Source: Minisyncoccota bacterium
Lineage (GTDB): Bacteria > Patescibacteriota > Minisyncoccia > Phycocordibacterales > UBA2100
DNA: 64,000 nt
Assembly: GCA_022842645.1 (NCBI GenBank)
Contig: JALHPE010000001.1
Coordinates: 199,711 to 263,710, forward strand
Direction: 5' to 3'
The position numbers and the translations under genes were made by a program. Positions 1 through 10,756 of this stretch are shown here, piece by piece; positions within the stretch are counted from its first letter, which is position 1; each line of letters starts with the position of its first letter. The notes beneath the pieces are model-generated. The model was not told the DNA's origin. It did not search any database and saw only the letters and a program-made list of their open reading frames with translations.

Positions 1-594
1 AATAATGTCGGACTCAGCATATATCTCATCAAGAGCCGTATAGCGAGCCTCATCAGATTCGAGTGCCGTATTCGGAAAAAGATCATACATGAGCACTTTC
101 ATACCAAACGCCTTCGCGCGCGTAACCACATTTGCACCAATCGCCCCCGTGCCAATGACCCCGATTGTTTTTCCATAAAGGTCATCTCCCTCAAGCTCAG
201 GCGCCTTCTCAAACACGCCCGCGTTCATGTGTGTGAGTGACTCTGGAACGCGACGCGTGAGCGCAAGGAGGAGCGCAAAGGTGTATTCAGCAACCGTATG
301 CGCCCCGTAGCGAGGCACTGTGTTGAGTGCGATTCCTTTTTCCTTCAGAAATTCACTATCAATGTGATCAATGCCACTGGAGCGCGCAACCACGGCACGA
401 AGATTCGGCAAAAGTTGTATATCCTCTCGCGTAAGACGCGAGGAAACAAAGACAGAAACCACATCTGCATCACTATGGAGAAGAAGCGCATCGCGATTCA
501 CTGGTTCCTCAATGAAAAGAAGCTCGTGCTCTCCAAGCTCTCGTCCAAAGACCTCGCGCACTGTCGCGTCGGTATCAAAAATAAGTATTTTCAC
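1..594 (-). CDS. D-isomer-specific 2-hydroxyacid dehydrogenase (D-lactate dehydrogenase-like), 3' end outside window
   Basis: Not in the ORF track. Manual translation from GTG at 594 gives KILIFD...RSSGIDHID...VPRYGAHTVAEYTFALLLAL.R...LYGKTIGVIGTGAIG (NAD-binding GxGxxG)...AKAFGMKVLMYD. Confidence 0.88.
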   Translation of the reverse strand, partial: MKILIFDTDATVREVFGRELGEHELLFIEEPVNRDALLLHSDADVVSVFVSSRLTREDIQLLPNLRAVVARSSGIDHIDSEFLKEKGIALNTVPRYGAHTVAEYTFALLLALTRRVPESLTHMNAGVFEKAPELEGDDLYGKTIGVIGTGAIGANVVTRAKAFGMKVLMYDLFPNTALESDEARYTALDEIYAESDII

Positions 595-631
595 CGGCGT
601 ATTGTACCCACCCGAGCCAAACGCGCCAAGC

Positions 632-1048
632 CTACACCAACAACACAGACTTCACGCTCTCAAAAAACGCTTTGTCTTTGGGGTGTGTCAAAAGTCCCCC
701 CACCTGCTCGATCGGAACCCAGCGTGCCTCGGGATTCATCGGATCTTCTGGAGCAAGTGCCTGCTGCAATGTGCGAAACAAGAACATGTGAATGCGCTTA
801 AGCTCCCCCTCATCCTCCCCCACGCCTCCTTTGCCAATTCTGTAACGCTCATAGGATCCAAGCTCTCGTGCAAACGCCAATTCCGTAATCCCGGTTTCCT
901 CGCGCACCTCGCGCTCCGCCGCTTCGCGCGGCGTTTCCCCCGGATCAACATGCCCCTTCGGTAGCGACCACGAATCGCCTTTTTGGCTCACAACAGCAAC
1001 TTCATTGAGTGCATTGAGGACGATTCCGCCGGCGCTTTCTGTCACCAT
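632..1048 (-). CDS. NUDIX hydrolase
   Basis: Nudix box WSLPKGHVDPGETPREAAEREVREETG. Confidence 0.9.
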   Translation of the reverse strand: MVTESAGGIVLNALNEVAVVSQKGDSWSLPKGHVDPGETPREAAEREVREETGITELAFARELGSYERYRIGKGGVGEDEGELKRIHMFLFRTLQQALAPEDPMNPEARWVPIEQVGGLLTHPKDKAFFESVKSVLLV

Positions 1049-1152
1049 TACCGTAAGTATAGAACGAGATCGGAATCTTGTCGCCCAGAGAAAAGCCGCT
1101 GCTTAATTCGTATAAGCGGCCGTCTTCTGCACAATCTTAAAGCTTGGACTCA

Positions 1153-2574
1153 CTACTGATTCGCAATGACGTAGGCACGCGTCTTGGGTCCAAAATATCC
1201 ACTTGCTGGAACTATCTTTACCCCCTGCTGCATTTTTATAAGAGCAGCTTTAGTAGCATCGCCAAACATCATGGTCTCTGCACCCGGCGAACCAGGACCA
1301 GAAGCGGCAACAGCATAGCCATGGGAATTGAGCCACATCTGAAGAGCTCGGACGTCATCCCCCATCATGCCCCGATACAAATCCCTCTCGAAACTAGTAT
1401 TCGTATTGACGCGACTCCCTGTAGCTCCCGGCGCAGCGCTTGTGGAACCTTGGAGCGATCGTATTTTTGCAAGCAGACCTGCTAGTTGCGCCTGAAGCTG
1501 CTCGATGAGCGGAGCGTTCTTTTCTGGTGCGGTTGGAACATTCGTAGCTGTAGTAGTGACAATCGGCGATCGAGAAGTACCCCCTCCACCACCTCCTGTA
1601 GCACTTGAGCGAACGACGACCGTACGAGTTGCTGTACTCTCGTTACCTGCATCATCGGTCGCTGTATACGTCAATGTATATGTACCAGCTACGTTTGTAG
1701 TAACAGTTCCTGTCGTCGCAATAGTAACGCTCGAGTCAATACTATCAGTCGCCGTAGCCCCAGAGTCGGTGTAACTATTGTCCGATGCGCTCAATGCGGT
1801 TGTGTCAGGATTATTACCAAGCACTGTTATGGAAGGCCCGGTACGATCCACAACAACACGTGCCCCAGAGCTTACAAACGTCTGCGCAGTTGATGATGCA
1901 TTCCCCGCAAAGTCTACCGGTGTCACAGAGAAAGTGATTGCAGTGCCATCGGTATCACTTGAGGAGATGGTGGTTGAAGCCGTCCATGATGTCCCCGCTG
2001 CCCCACCGCTCAGGACTGACGCAGTCTGAGAGCCGATAGTTACACTCGGAGTAGAAAGTCCTTCGTTTGAAGTAAAGGTGAGTGTCACGACATTCCCAAC
2101 CTTCGCAAGAGTTGTCGAGCTGTTGTTTGATGCGATGGTCGTTGCAGATATGGATGGCGCTGTTTTGTCGAATCTCACATTTGCGCCAGTAAGGCTTGTC
2201 TGAGTAACAGTAGTCGTGGCTTCGCCTAAACTACCACCGAAAGCAATTCGGAATGTGAGAAACCCTTCCGTCCACGCGCTACTACTTGTCGTTGAATACG
2301 ACCACCAGGCGCCGCTCCCCGACATCGTCGTGGAGCCCATGTTGAAAATATTGATGATTGGTGTCGTGGTGGCACTAGGTGTTCCACTCAAATTGAGACC
2401 GAAGGTGATGGTGTCCCCGACCTTGGCGAGTGTGGTAGAGGCGTTCGAAGAGCTTGTTGTTGCTGTAACAACTGACAATGTTGCGGCGGCGGCTGATTGG
2501 GGAATGAAAGCGGCCGCAAACGCAAGCACCAGCCCGAGACACAAAGATACCGACATATATGAGGCGCGATACAT
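1153..2574 (-). CDS. Secreted Ser/Thr-rich Ig-like repeat protein with C-terminal peptidoglycan-binding domain
   Basis: Signal peptide, two SSN.STTLAKVG repeats, a DUF5011-like YTDSGATATD...GTYTLTYTATD segment, and a PG-binding-like C-terminus (DLYRGMMGDDVRALQMWLN...GYFGPKTR). Confidence 0.75.
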   Translation of the reverse strand: MYRASYMSVSLCLGLVLAFAAAFIPQSAAAATLSVVTATTSSSNASTTLAKVGDTITFGLNLSGTPSATTTPIINIFNMGSTTMSGSGAWWSYSTTSSSAWTEGFLTFRIAFGGSLGEATTTVTQTSLTGANVRFDKTAPSISATTIASNNSSTTLAKVGNVVTLTFTSNEGLSTPSVTIGSQTASVLSGGAAGTSWTASTTISSSDTDGTAITFSVTPVDFAGNASSTAQTFVSSGARVVVDRTGPSITVLGNNPDTTALSASDNSYTDSGATATDSIDSSVTIATTGTVTTNVAGTYTLTYTATDDAGNESTATRTVVVRSSATGGGGGGTSRSPIVTTTATNVPTAPEKNAPLIEQLQAQLAGLLAKIRSLQGSTSAAPGATGSRVNTNTSFERDLYRGMMGDDVRALQMWLNSHGYAVAASGPGSPGAETMMFGDATKAALIKMQQGVKIVPASGYFGPKTRAYVIANQ

Positions 2575-2857
2575 ATATTTTTGAATGGTTCTAAGATAGT
2601 AAAGAAAACAGTTACGCGTATTATACGTCCCCTACGAGCGTTTTATGCCACACTCACTCAAAGTGTGTGGATACACATTACTTAGAAAAACTAGATTTTG
2701 TTGAAGGGGTGGAATTCTTCAGAATCGAAATTCTCGTCAGAATTTCAATTCTGAAGCCGGGATTTTGCGATCCATTCTGGTGAATGGATGCCTCCCAAAA
2801 TCCTGCAATTCCCATCACGAAGCGCACAGGTGCTTCGCTCCCCACGCAAAAGCAAAA

Positions 2858-2892
2858 AAAAGAAAAATGCCCTCAAGGGGCACTTTTCTTTT
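2858..2892 (-). terminator. Intrinsic terminator downstream of tRNA-fMet
   Basis: AAAAGAAAAATGCCCT-CAA-GGGGCACTTTTCTTTT hairpin with an A-run on the + strand (U-run on the - strand). Confidence 0.7.
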
Positions 2893-2898
2893 GGCTTG

Positions 2899-3198
2899 TT
2901 GCGGGGGCGGGAATTGCACCCGCGACCTTGAGGTTATGCATACTACTTCGGCTTTCGCCGCTCTTTTACAAGATTCGTAGTCTGGACTATGCCTTCATCC
3001 GTTTCCTTTTTGAGGAATGAGGATGCTCGCCATCTAGTCTCTACACCTTCCCTGCTTCGCTAGCAGCTAGCAGGACTTGGCTCGGCATTATCACCTCTTT
3101 CGAGAAGACTTCACCGAATTTGACGAGTGTTCCACCGTCCGTTTCCAGGCGGCGAGCCCATTCTTGAGCCTCACGAGCTACTACTGCTCCACCCCGCT
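2899..3198 (-). tRNA. Initiator tRNA-Met(CAT) interrupted by a group I intron; exons 3198-3167 and 2938-2899
   Basis: Spliced sequence AGCGGGG TG GAGC AGTAGTA GCTC G TGAGG CT|CAT AA CCTCA AGGTC GCGGG TGCAATT CCCGC CCCCGCA A folds as a cloverleaf. The 1:72 mismatch and A11-U24 pair are initiator features. CCA is not encoded. Confidence 0.92.
2939..3166 (-). ncRNA. Group I self-splicing intron (IC3-like, 228 nt, no internal ORF)
   Basis: Inserted after U33 and ends in G. P1 is GGCU|CA-AGAA-UG-GGCU with a U.G pair at the splice site. Core elements: P AAATTCGGTGAA, Q AATGCCGAGCCAAG, R GTGTAGAGACTAGATGG, S GAAGGCATAGTCC. Confidence 0.92.
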
Positions 3199-3308
3199 AT
3201 ACACCAATGGAAAAACCATCAGTACTGGCGAGTATATCATCCCGTACTATATCGGCAAATGTAGACAACAGAAAGCATAAATGACTACCTCGTGATATGA
3301 TACATATA

Positions 3309-3995
3309 ATGGCTTCAACGATAAAACGTGATGAGGCACGAGCGTTGCGAGGACGAGGTGAAAGCATAAACACCATCGTCGCACACACGGGCATTAGCAA
3401 GAGTACCGTCAGTTATTGGTGCCGAGACATTCCCCTTTCAAAATCCCAACGGGAAGCGTTAGCAAAAAAGCAAAGTATCGGGGGCATGCTGGGACGATTG
3501 CATGCCGCCGAAAAGAAACGGGCACAACGGCTTGAGTCTGTAAAAGTAGATATGGCACGTGGTGCGCGTGACGTAAAGTCACTTTCAGATCGAGATATTT
3601 TCATGCTAGGACTTGGACTATATTGGGGCGAAGGATATAAGAATGGAAATGAGGAATGCGCTCTTACAAATTCAGATCCCGGTGTAATACAAGCTTTTAT
3701 TCGTTGGGCACGGAGCGCATATGGAATACGGCATACAGATCTAATTTTGCGCGTTTCAGTAAACGAAGCTCATAGAAGTAGAGTAGGTGCTATTGAAAAA
3801 TACTGGTCGCAGATTACCAGTGCCCCCCTTTCCCAATTCACAAAAACAAGCCTCATTCATACAAAGACAAAGAAACACTACGCAAATCATGAGAACCATT
3901 TCGGTACATTACGAGTGAAGGTGCGCAAAGCCACCTCCCTACGACGGAGAATACTCGGCTCAATAGAAGCTCTCCGTAAAATACACGCTAAATGA
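3309..3995 (+). CDS. HTH + LAGLIDADG-like domain protein (free-standing homing-endonuclease-like)
   Basis: N-terminal HTH (ARALRGRGESINTIVAHTGISKSTVSYW), then LGLGLYWGEG (LAGLIDADG-like helix), TNSDP, KYWS.IT and FGTLRV. Probable leaderless ATG at 3309, 7 nt after TGaTATGAT. Confidence 0.65.
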   Translation: MASTIKRDEARALRGRGESINTIVAHTGISKSTVSYWCRDIPLSKSQREALAKKQSIGGMLGRLHAAEKKRAQRLESVKVDMARGARDVKSLSDRDIFMLGLGLYWGEGYKNGNEECALTNSDPGVIQAFIRWARSAYGIRHTDLILRVSVNEAHRSRVGAIEKYWSQITSAPLSQFTKTSLIHTKTKKHYANHENHFGTLRVKVRKATSLRRRILGSIEALRKIHAK

Positions 3996-4569
3996 ATCCA
4001 AATTCTTCAAAGATGCGTTTATAGAGACCGATCACGCGATTTTTTTCGCGCTCGGTAAGAGGAGATTCCGAGCCTTCGTGTGCAACTTTATTGCGCACTT
4101 TGTGCGCCTCCCACGCATCGTCAATTGAATGAAAATCTGCCGGATTAACCCGCTTCATTTTCTCCGACATCGTCTCCCCTTTATAACCCTTAAGATCAAG
4201 AAGTTCATTCAACATGATATCGGCCTCAAGGATCGCGAGACGCCATTGGTGCTCGTCGGGAGAGGCTGCGTGCTCCATGACACGCGCCCAGCGCAGCTGC
4301 GTGCGCGGCACATCTTCCGCCTCAACAGTATGCGCGTGCTTGTGGAAGTGCGCGTACTCGATGCGACGAATCGCCATGATGCGGAGCATGCAATAAATGA
4401 TACCAACGGCGAATAAGAGGGTCACGACAACAGAGATCGGATATACTGGCCCCCAAAAACCCTGTATTGTTTCCCATTTCCATCCAGTGACGAATTCTTC
4501 ACGGATGATTTCTTCCCATCGCGGCTTCTCTGTTGCAGAAAACACTGTTTCAAAAGCACCTGGCTCCAT
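3988..4569 (-). CDS. Hypothetical single-TM membrane protein
   Basis: One hydrophobic helix, then WRLAILEADIML...GETMSEKMK...AWEAHKVRNKVAHE; leaderless-type TATACT upstream. Confidence 0.7.
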   Translation of the reverse strand: MEPGAFETVFSATEKPRWEEIIREEFVTGWKWETIQGFWGPVYPISVVVTLLFAVGIIYCMLRIMAIRRIEYAHFHKHAHTVEAEDVPRTQLRWARVMEHAASPDEHQWRLAILEADIMLNELLDLKGYKGETMSEKMKRVNPADFHSIDDAWEAHKVRNKVAHEGSESPLTEREKNRVIGLYKRIFEEFGFI

Positions 4570-4595
4570 AGTACGAGTATACCGTGCCTATCTGT

Positions 4596-6014
4596 CTACG
4601 AGTGAACTTTCTCAACAACTGCACCAATCGTGCAGAGGTTCTCTTCCGCACCATGTGCACCGATAAGTTGGAATCCAACGGAAAGATTCTTTCCTTCACG
4701 AGCGACAGTGCTTACCGGCACCGATAGTGCCGGCACACCAGCCAAGTTGACCGGTACCGTAAAGATGTCGGCAGCATACAGTGAAACAGGATCAGCTTTT
4801 TCGCCAAGCTTCCACGGAAGAATAGGAGACGTTGGTGTTGCAATTGCATCCACCTCCTGAAATACATCTGCCATTTCAGCGCGAATCAGAGAGCGCACGG
4901 CTCGTGCCTTACGATAGTAGGCGTCAGCGTAGCCCGACGAGAGCACAAATGTGCCGACAAGAATACGGCGCCGCACTTCGGGGCCAAACCCTGCGCCGCG
5001 CGTCTTCGAATACACGCCACCAATATCATCCGCAGGAACTGAAAGCCCATAGCGAATACCGTCGTATCGCGCAAGATTCGTCGATACTTCCGCCGGATTC
5101 ACGATGTAATACACCGCAAGTGCATGCTGGAGGGATGGTAGTTCAATGTCGCGCACTTCGTACCCTTCCTCGCGAAGTGTCTCGAGTGCCTGTTCAAAAG
5201 ACGCGAGCACTTCGGGATCCACACCCTTGGCAAGAAGTGAGCGCGGTACACCAATGACTTTTTTAAGCGGACGCGCAGGATACAGCGATTCCGAAACAGA
5301 TGTGCCATCATGCTCATCGCGCCCGCGAATTGCCTTAAAAAGCATATGCACATCGGCAACACTCTTCCCCATGGGACCAATCTGATCGAGCGATGAGGCG
5401 GCGGCCATGAGTCCAAAGCGCGAGACAGAGCCGTAGGTAGTCTTCAAACCAACAATGCCGCAAAACGATGCGGGCTGACGAATGGAACCCCCGGTATCCG
5501 ACCCAAGTGCGAGAAGCGCGAGATCAGCTGCAACCGCGGCGGCGGAGCCGCCGGAAGTCCCGCCAGGCACGCGAGTCGTATCGAGTGGATTTTTCGTGGG
5601 ACCAAATGCGGAGTTTTCTGTCGAGCCACCGAGCGCAAACTCATCCATATTAGTACGGCCAAGAAACACTGCGCCCTCTTCTTTCAATTTCTTAATAACG
5701 GTTGCGTCGTACGAAGCTCGATAGTTCTCAAGCATTTTCGAAGCCGAGCTCGCGATTCGCCCCTCAATGAGGATGTTGTCTTTAACCGCAATAGGAACTC
5801 CGGTAAACATCGAGGCCTCGCCACGCGCAATTCGCTCATCTGCAGCGCGCGCTTCCGCGCGCGCCTGTTCTGCCCAGACCTCAAGATATGCATGGAGCTC
5901 GGTATCCTTCACCTTAATTGTATCAAGATAGGCGTTCGTAAGTTCGAGCGCCGAAAACTCCTTCGCATCGAGTGCACGACGAGCTTCCGCGACAGAAAGT
6001 GCAGCAAGATTCAT
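4596..6014 (-). CDS. gatA: Asp/Glu-tRNA amidotransferase subunit A
   Basis: Amidase signature GGTSGGSAAAVA, GSDTGGSIRQPA, NLARYDGIRYG, GFGPEVRRRI. Confidence 0.97.
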   Translation of the reverse strand: MNLAALSVAEARRALDAKEFSALELTNAYLDTIKVKDTELHAYLEVWAEQARAEARAADERIARGEASMFTGVPIAVKDNILIEGRIASSASKMLENYRASYDATVIKKLKEEGAVFLGRTNMDEFALGGSTENSAFGPTKNPLDTTRVPGGTSGGSAAAVAADLALLALGSDTGGSIRQPASFCGIVGLKTTYGSVSRFGLMAAASSLDQIGPMGKSVADVHMLFKAIRGRDEHDGTSVSESLYPARPLKKVIGVPRSLLAKGVDPEVLASFEQALETLREEGYEVRDIELPSLQHALAVYYIVNPAEVSTNLARYDGIRYGLSVPADDIGGVYSKTRGAGFGPEVRRRILVGTFVLSSGYADAYYRKARAVRSLIRAEMADVFQEVDAIATPTSPILPWKLGEKADPVSLYAADIFTVPVNLAGVPALSVPVSTVAREGKNLSVGFQLIGAHGAEENLCTIGAVVEKVHS

Positions 6015-6016
6015 AT

Positions 6017-8316
<2,300 letters not shown>

Positions 8317-8342
8317 TTATCGCACTCACACACAAGGAGCTA

Positions 8343-8894
8343 CTAGTATGAAAGCTCCACCGAGCGCTGCAGCGCGCGACTTGAGGCGTCTATTTCAGAG
8401 CACACGGTCGAAAATCCATCAGCCTCGATCACGGTGCTACCAGTGGTCCTATTTTTTGTAACGGCAACGCGCGCACAATAGCCGTTTGGCTCATATTCAA
8501 ACGACATCGTATACACCGGCTGCCCCGCTGGTGGCGTCGGTGGCGTAATGACTAACGGCACGCTGTCGCATAATGGTGCGCCACTCGGTGTTGTTGAACT
8601 AAAATAACCAAATCGTACATCCCAATACAGCGCACACTCTGCGGCTGTGTCCGCGGCATAAAAGGCATATTGCGAACTACGCCCGAGCGAAGAAAGAATC
8701 ACTTGTTTTTGAGCTATAGAAAACACCGATATACCAAGAGCAAGTACCAAAGTAGCGACTAGTGCGGCAAGTAGAATGGTGAAGCCTCGTGAAGCAGGTG
8801 CTGGGTGGCAGGTGCTAGGTGTTAGGACATGCAAAAAGAAGGTTTTTGTCTTTCCCTGGAACCTAGCACCTAGAACCTGTAACCTGTTCATCAT
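8343..8894 (-). CDS. Type IV minor pilin, PilX-like (lacks Glu5)
   Basis: RG|FTILLAALV cleavage site without E5, AFYAADTAAECALY; long leader encoded by a heptamer repeat element. Confidence 0.8.
   Translation of the reverse strand: MMNRLQVLGARFQGKTKTFFLHVLTPSTCHPAPASRGFTILLAALVATLVLALGISVFSIAQKQVILSSLGRSSQYAFYAADTAAECALYWDVRFGYFSSTTPSGAPLCDSVPLVITPPTPPAGQPVYTMSFEYEPNGYCARVAVTKNRTTGSTVIEADGFSTVCSEIDASSRALQRSVELSY
8795..8886. repeat. Heptamer inverted-repeat element inside the prepilin leader
   Basis: CAGGTGC TGGGTGG CAGGTGC TAGGTGT TAGG...spacer...CCCTGG AACCTAG CACCTAG AACCTGT AACCTG. Confidence 0.85.
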
Positions 8895-9472
8895 ATGCCG
8901 TCGTCCACCCATCGGTGGAGATTCTCATAAATCGTAATAGTGCGCTCCTGCGACGTACCAGCATCCCAGGCAATGACAACCTCTATGCGAATTTCGTCTT
9001 GCGTTCCGTTCACGTATGAAACAGTCACCGTGCGTCGATATGGCGTATCGCTCCATCCCGCATTGTATCCATATAAGTCGCCATTCGTTTGAAGTCGAGA
9101 GCACTGTCCAGAACAAACTGTGATAGCGTTATTGCGCGTATCGATCACAAACGGAGTGCCAATAGGAATGCCACACAAGAGCGTTGTGGGGGAACACGTG
9201 ACAGAAGGATTGTTGAATGCAATACGCAAAATATTGCCGTCTCGAATCGCGCGCACGGATTCAATAGCTTCTTGCGCCAAGTTAAAAGCAACCACTTGAT
9301 CGCGCGCATAATACGAGGCTGAAAGCGATTGCATCGTCAGCGACATTGGCGCCACGATCGCAACGGTGAGAATAACGATGGCCACCATCGTTTCGATAAG
9401 GGTCATGCCTCGCGCCGAAGATGCTGCGCCCTCCTGATACTTGAGACTTGATACTTGATACTTGAATGTCAT
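8891..9472 (-). CDS. Type IV minor pilin (PilV-like)
   Basis: RG|MTLIETMVAIVIL N-methylation motif; AFNLAQEAIE. Confidence 0.85.
   Translation of the reverse strand: MTFKYQVSSLKYQEGAASSARGMTLIETMVAIVILTVAIVAPMSLTMQSLSASYYARDQVVAFNLAQEAIESVRAIRDGNILRIAFNNPSVTCSPTTLLCGIPIGTPFVIDTRNNAITVCSGQCSRLQTNGDLYGYNAGWSDTPYRRTVTVSYVNGTQDEIRIEVVIAWDAGTSQERTITIYENLHRWVDDGI
9433..9465. repeat. Heptamer tandem repeat inside the prepilin leader
   Basis: Coding strand reads CAAGTAT CAAGTAT CAAGTCT CAAGTAT CAGG. Confidence 0.8.
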
Positions 9473-10161
9473 ATATCGAGTGCTCGTTGTACGGCGGTCG
9501 CCTGGATGTAGAAGGTACTGCGAACACGCGTGCTCTCCTCCCCTGCCGCACCTTTCACCACAATCACGACCTTCGGCTGTGTTGTGTCTTGCGGAGTAGA
9601 GCCAACAACATACATCTGCATTGACTCAATCTCCACCTCGGGAGAAGTGACAGGTATTGACGCGGCTCCTCCATTTTGAGATCGGTAGAGCCGTGGCCGT
9701 CCTTGTGCATCGTTTGCAATACTGTAGACAGTGCGTTCAGTTTGTGCGTTCGGGTTTGAGCCATACGGAGCAAACGAGAACACTGCTGGAATAGCGGTGA
9801 GCGGCGCAACTCCCTGAGCACAATCGCCCCAATTCGGCGCCTGTGGTATGGCGGTTGAGCCACAATTATAATGCGTGCCCATACGAATGGCGCGCACCAT
9901 ACTATCGAGCGAGATATTAAGATTATTCATCACACTTTCAAGAGAACGTGCTTTTCGATTTGCATCCACCAAAGAGAGGAGCGCGCCTACCGAGACGAGC
10001 ATAATCACACCGAAAAGAGCGATTGAGACCATCATTTCCACGAGAGTGAAGCCGCGGGGGTTAGGTTCTAGGCTCCAGGTTTTAGGTTTTAGGGAAAATG
10101 CACAAATGCATTTTTGTATTCCCTGCCCTCTAACACCTAACACCTGAGACCTGTTTTCCAT
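9469..10161 (-). CDS. Type IV minor pilin (PilW-like)
   Basis: RG|FTLVEMMVSIALF motif. Confidence 0.85.
   Translation of the reverse strand: MENRSQVLGVRGQGIQKCICAFSLKPKTWSLEPNPRGFTLVEMMVSIALFGVIMLVSVGALLSLVDANRKARSLESVMNNLNISLDSMVRAIRMGTHYNCGSTAIPQAPNWGDCAQGVAPLTAIPAVFSFAPYGSNPNAQTERTVYSIANDAQGRPRLYRSQNGGAASIPVTSPEVEIESMQMYVVGSTPQDTTQPKVVIVVKGAAGEESTRVRSTFYIQATAVQRALDI
10056..10153. repeat. Heptamer inverted-repeat element inside the prepilin leader
   Basis: TAGGTTC TAGGCTC CAGGTTT TAGGTTT TAGGGAA...spacer...TTCCCTG CCCTCTA ACACCTA ACACCTG AGACCTG. Confidence 0.85.
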
Positions 10162-10162
10162 A

Positions 10163-10756
10163 TTATTGAACCGCTATCTGGCCAGAAGCTTCAACATGTA
10201 CCTCAGCGCGCGCACCACGGGGTGACTCTAGAACAATGCGCACACGATCATCTGTTGGTATGCCCGCGGCCCGACGAATCAGTGCATCTGGCTCAGGACG
10301 GTAAAACATGATGTGGATCCCAGGAAGTCCGCAAGTTTCTATTGAACTCGAAGCATTGCGCGCACAGATATCAACAATCCTATAACCGCCCGCAAGCGTA
10401 ATTGTACGGACCGTCTCGCCTCCGTCGTAGACGCCGTTAGCGACTACATCCCCAAAGAGTTGATACACCGTCTGAGTCTCACCACTGGAAGGCACAAAAT
10501 ACATGCCGTACCCCACATCAAAATTTGAACCTGCAAAACGACGCACGGCAATGCCGTACACTTGTGCCTCACGCACCGTGAGCGCCATTTCATGCGCAAG
10601 ATTTTGCAAGATCACCCTATTGCCAAATCGCGTATTTGCAGAGAGTACTACCGAGGAAAGCACCATGAAAATCGCGGAAACTACCATCAGTTCTACAAGG
10701 GTAAACCCCCGAGAAACGATAGTATCGGCATGTGCGCGTGAAGAAGTGCAAACCAT
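10163..10756 (-). CDS. Type IV minor pilin (FimT/FimU-like)
   Basis: RG|FTLVELMVV motif; C-terminal VEASGQI. Confidence 0.85.
   Translation of the reverse strand: MVCTSSRAHADTIVSRGFTLVELMVVSAIFMVLSSVVLSANTRFGNRVILQNLAHEMALTVREAQVYGIAVRRFAGSNFDVGYGMYFVPSSGETQTVYQLFGDVVANGVYDGGETVRTITLAGGYRIVDICARNASSSIETCGLPGIHIMFYRPEPDALIRRAAGIPTDDRVRIVLESPRGARAEVHVEASGQIAVQ

Noticed and set aside
298-964. + strand ORFs 298-801 and 371-964
   Set aside because: They overlap the minus-strand dehydrogenase and NUDIX genes, which have clear motifs.
2765-3280. Short ORFs across the tRNA/intron as an intron-encoded endonuclease
   Set aside because: They are antisense, under 80 aa, lack nuclease motifs and overlap the RNA core elements.
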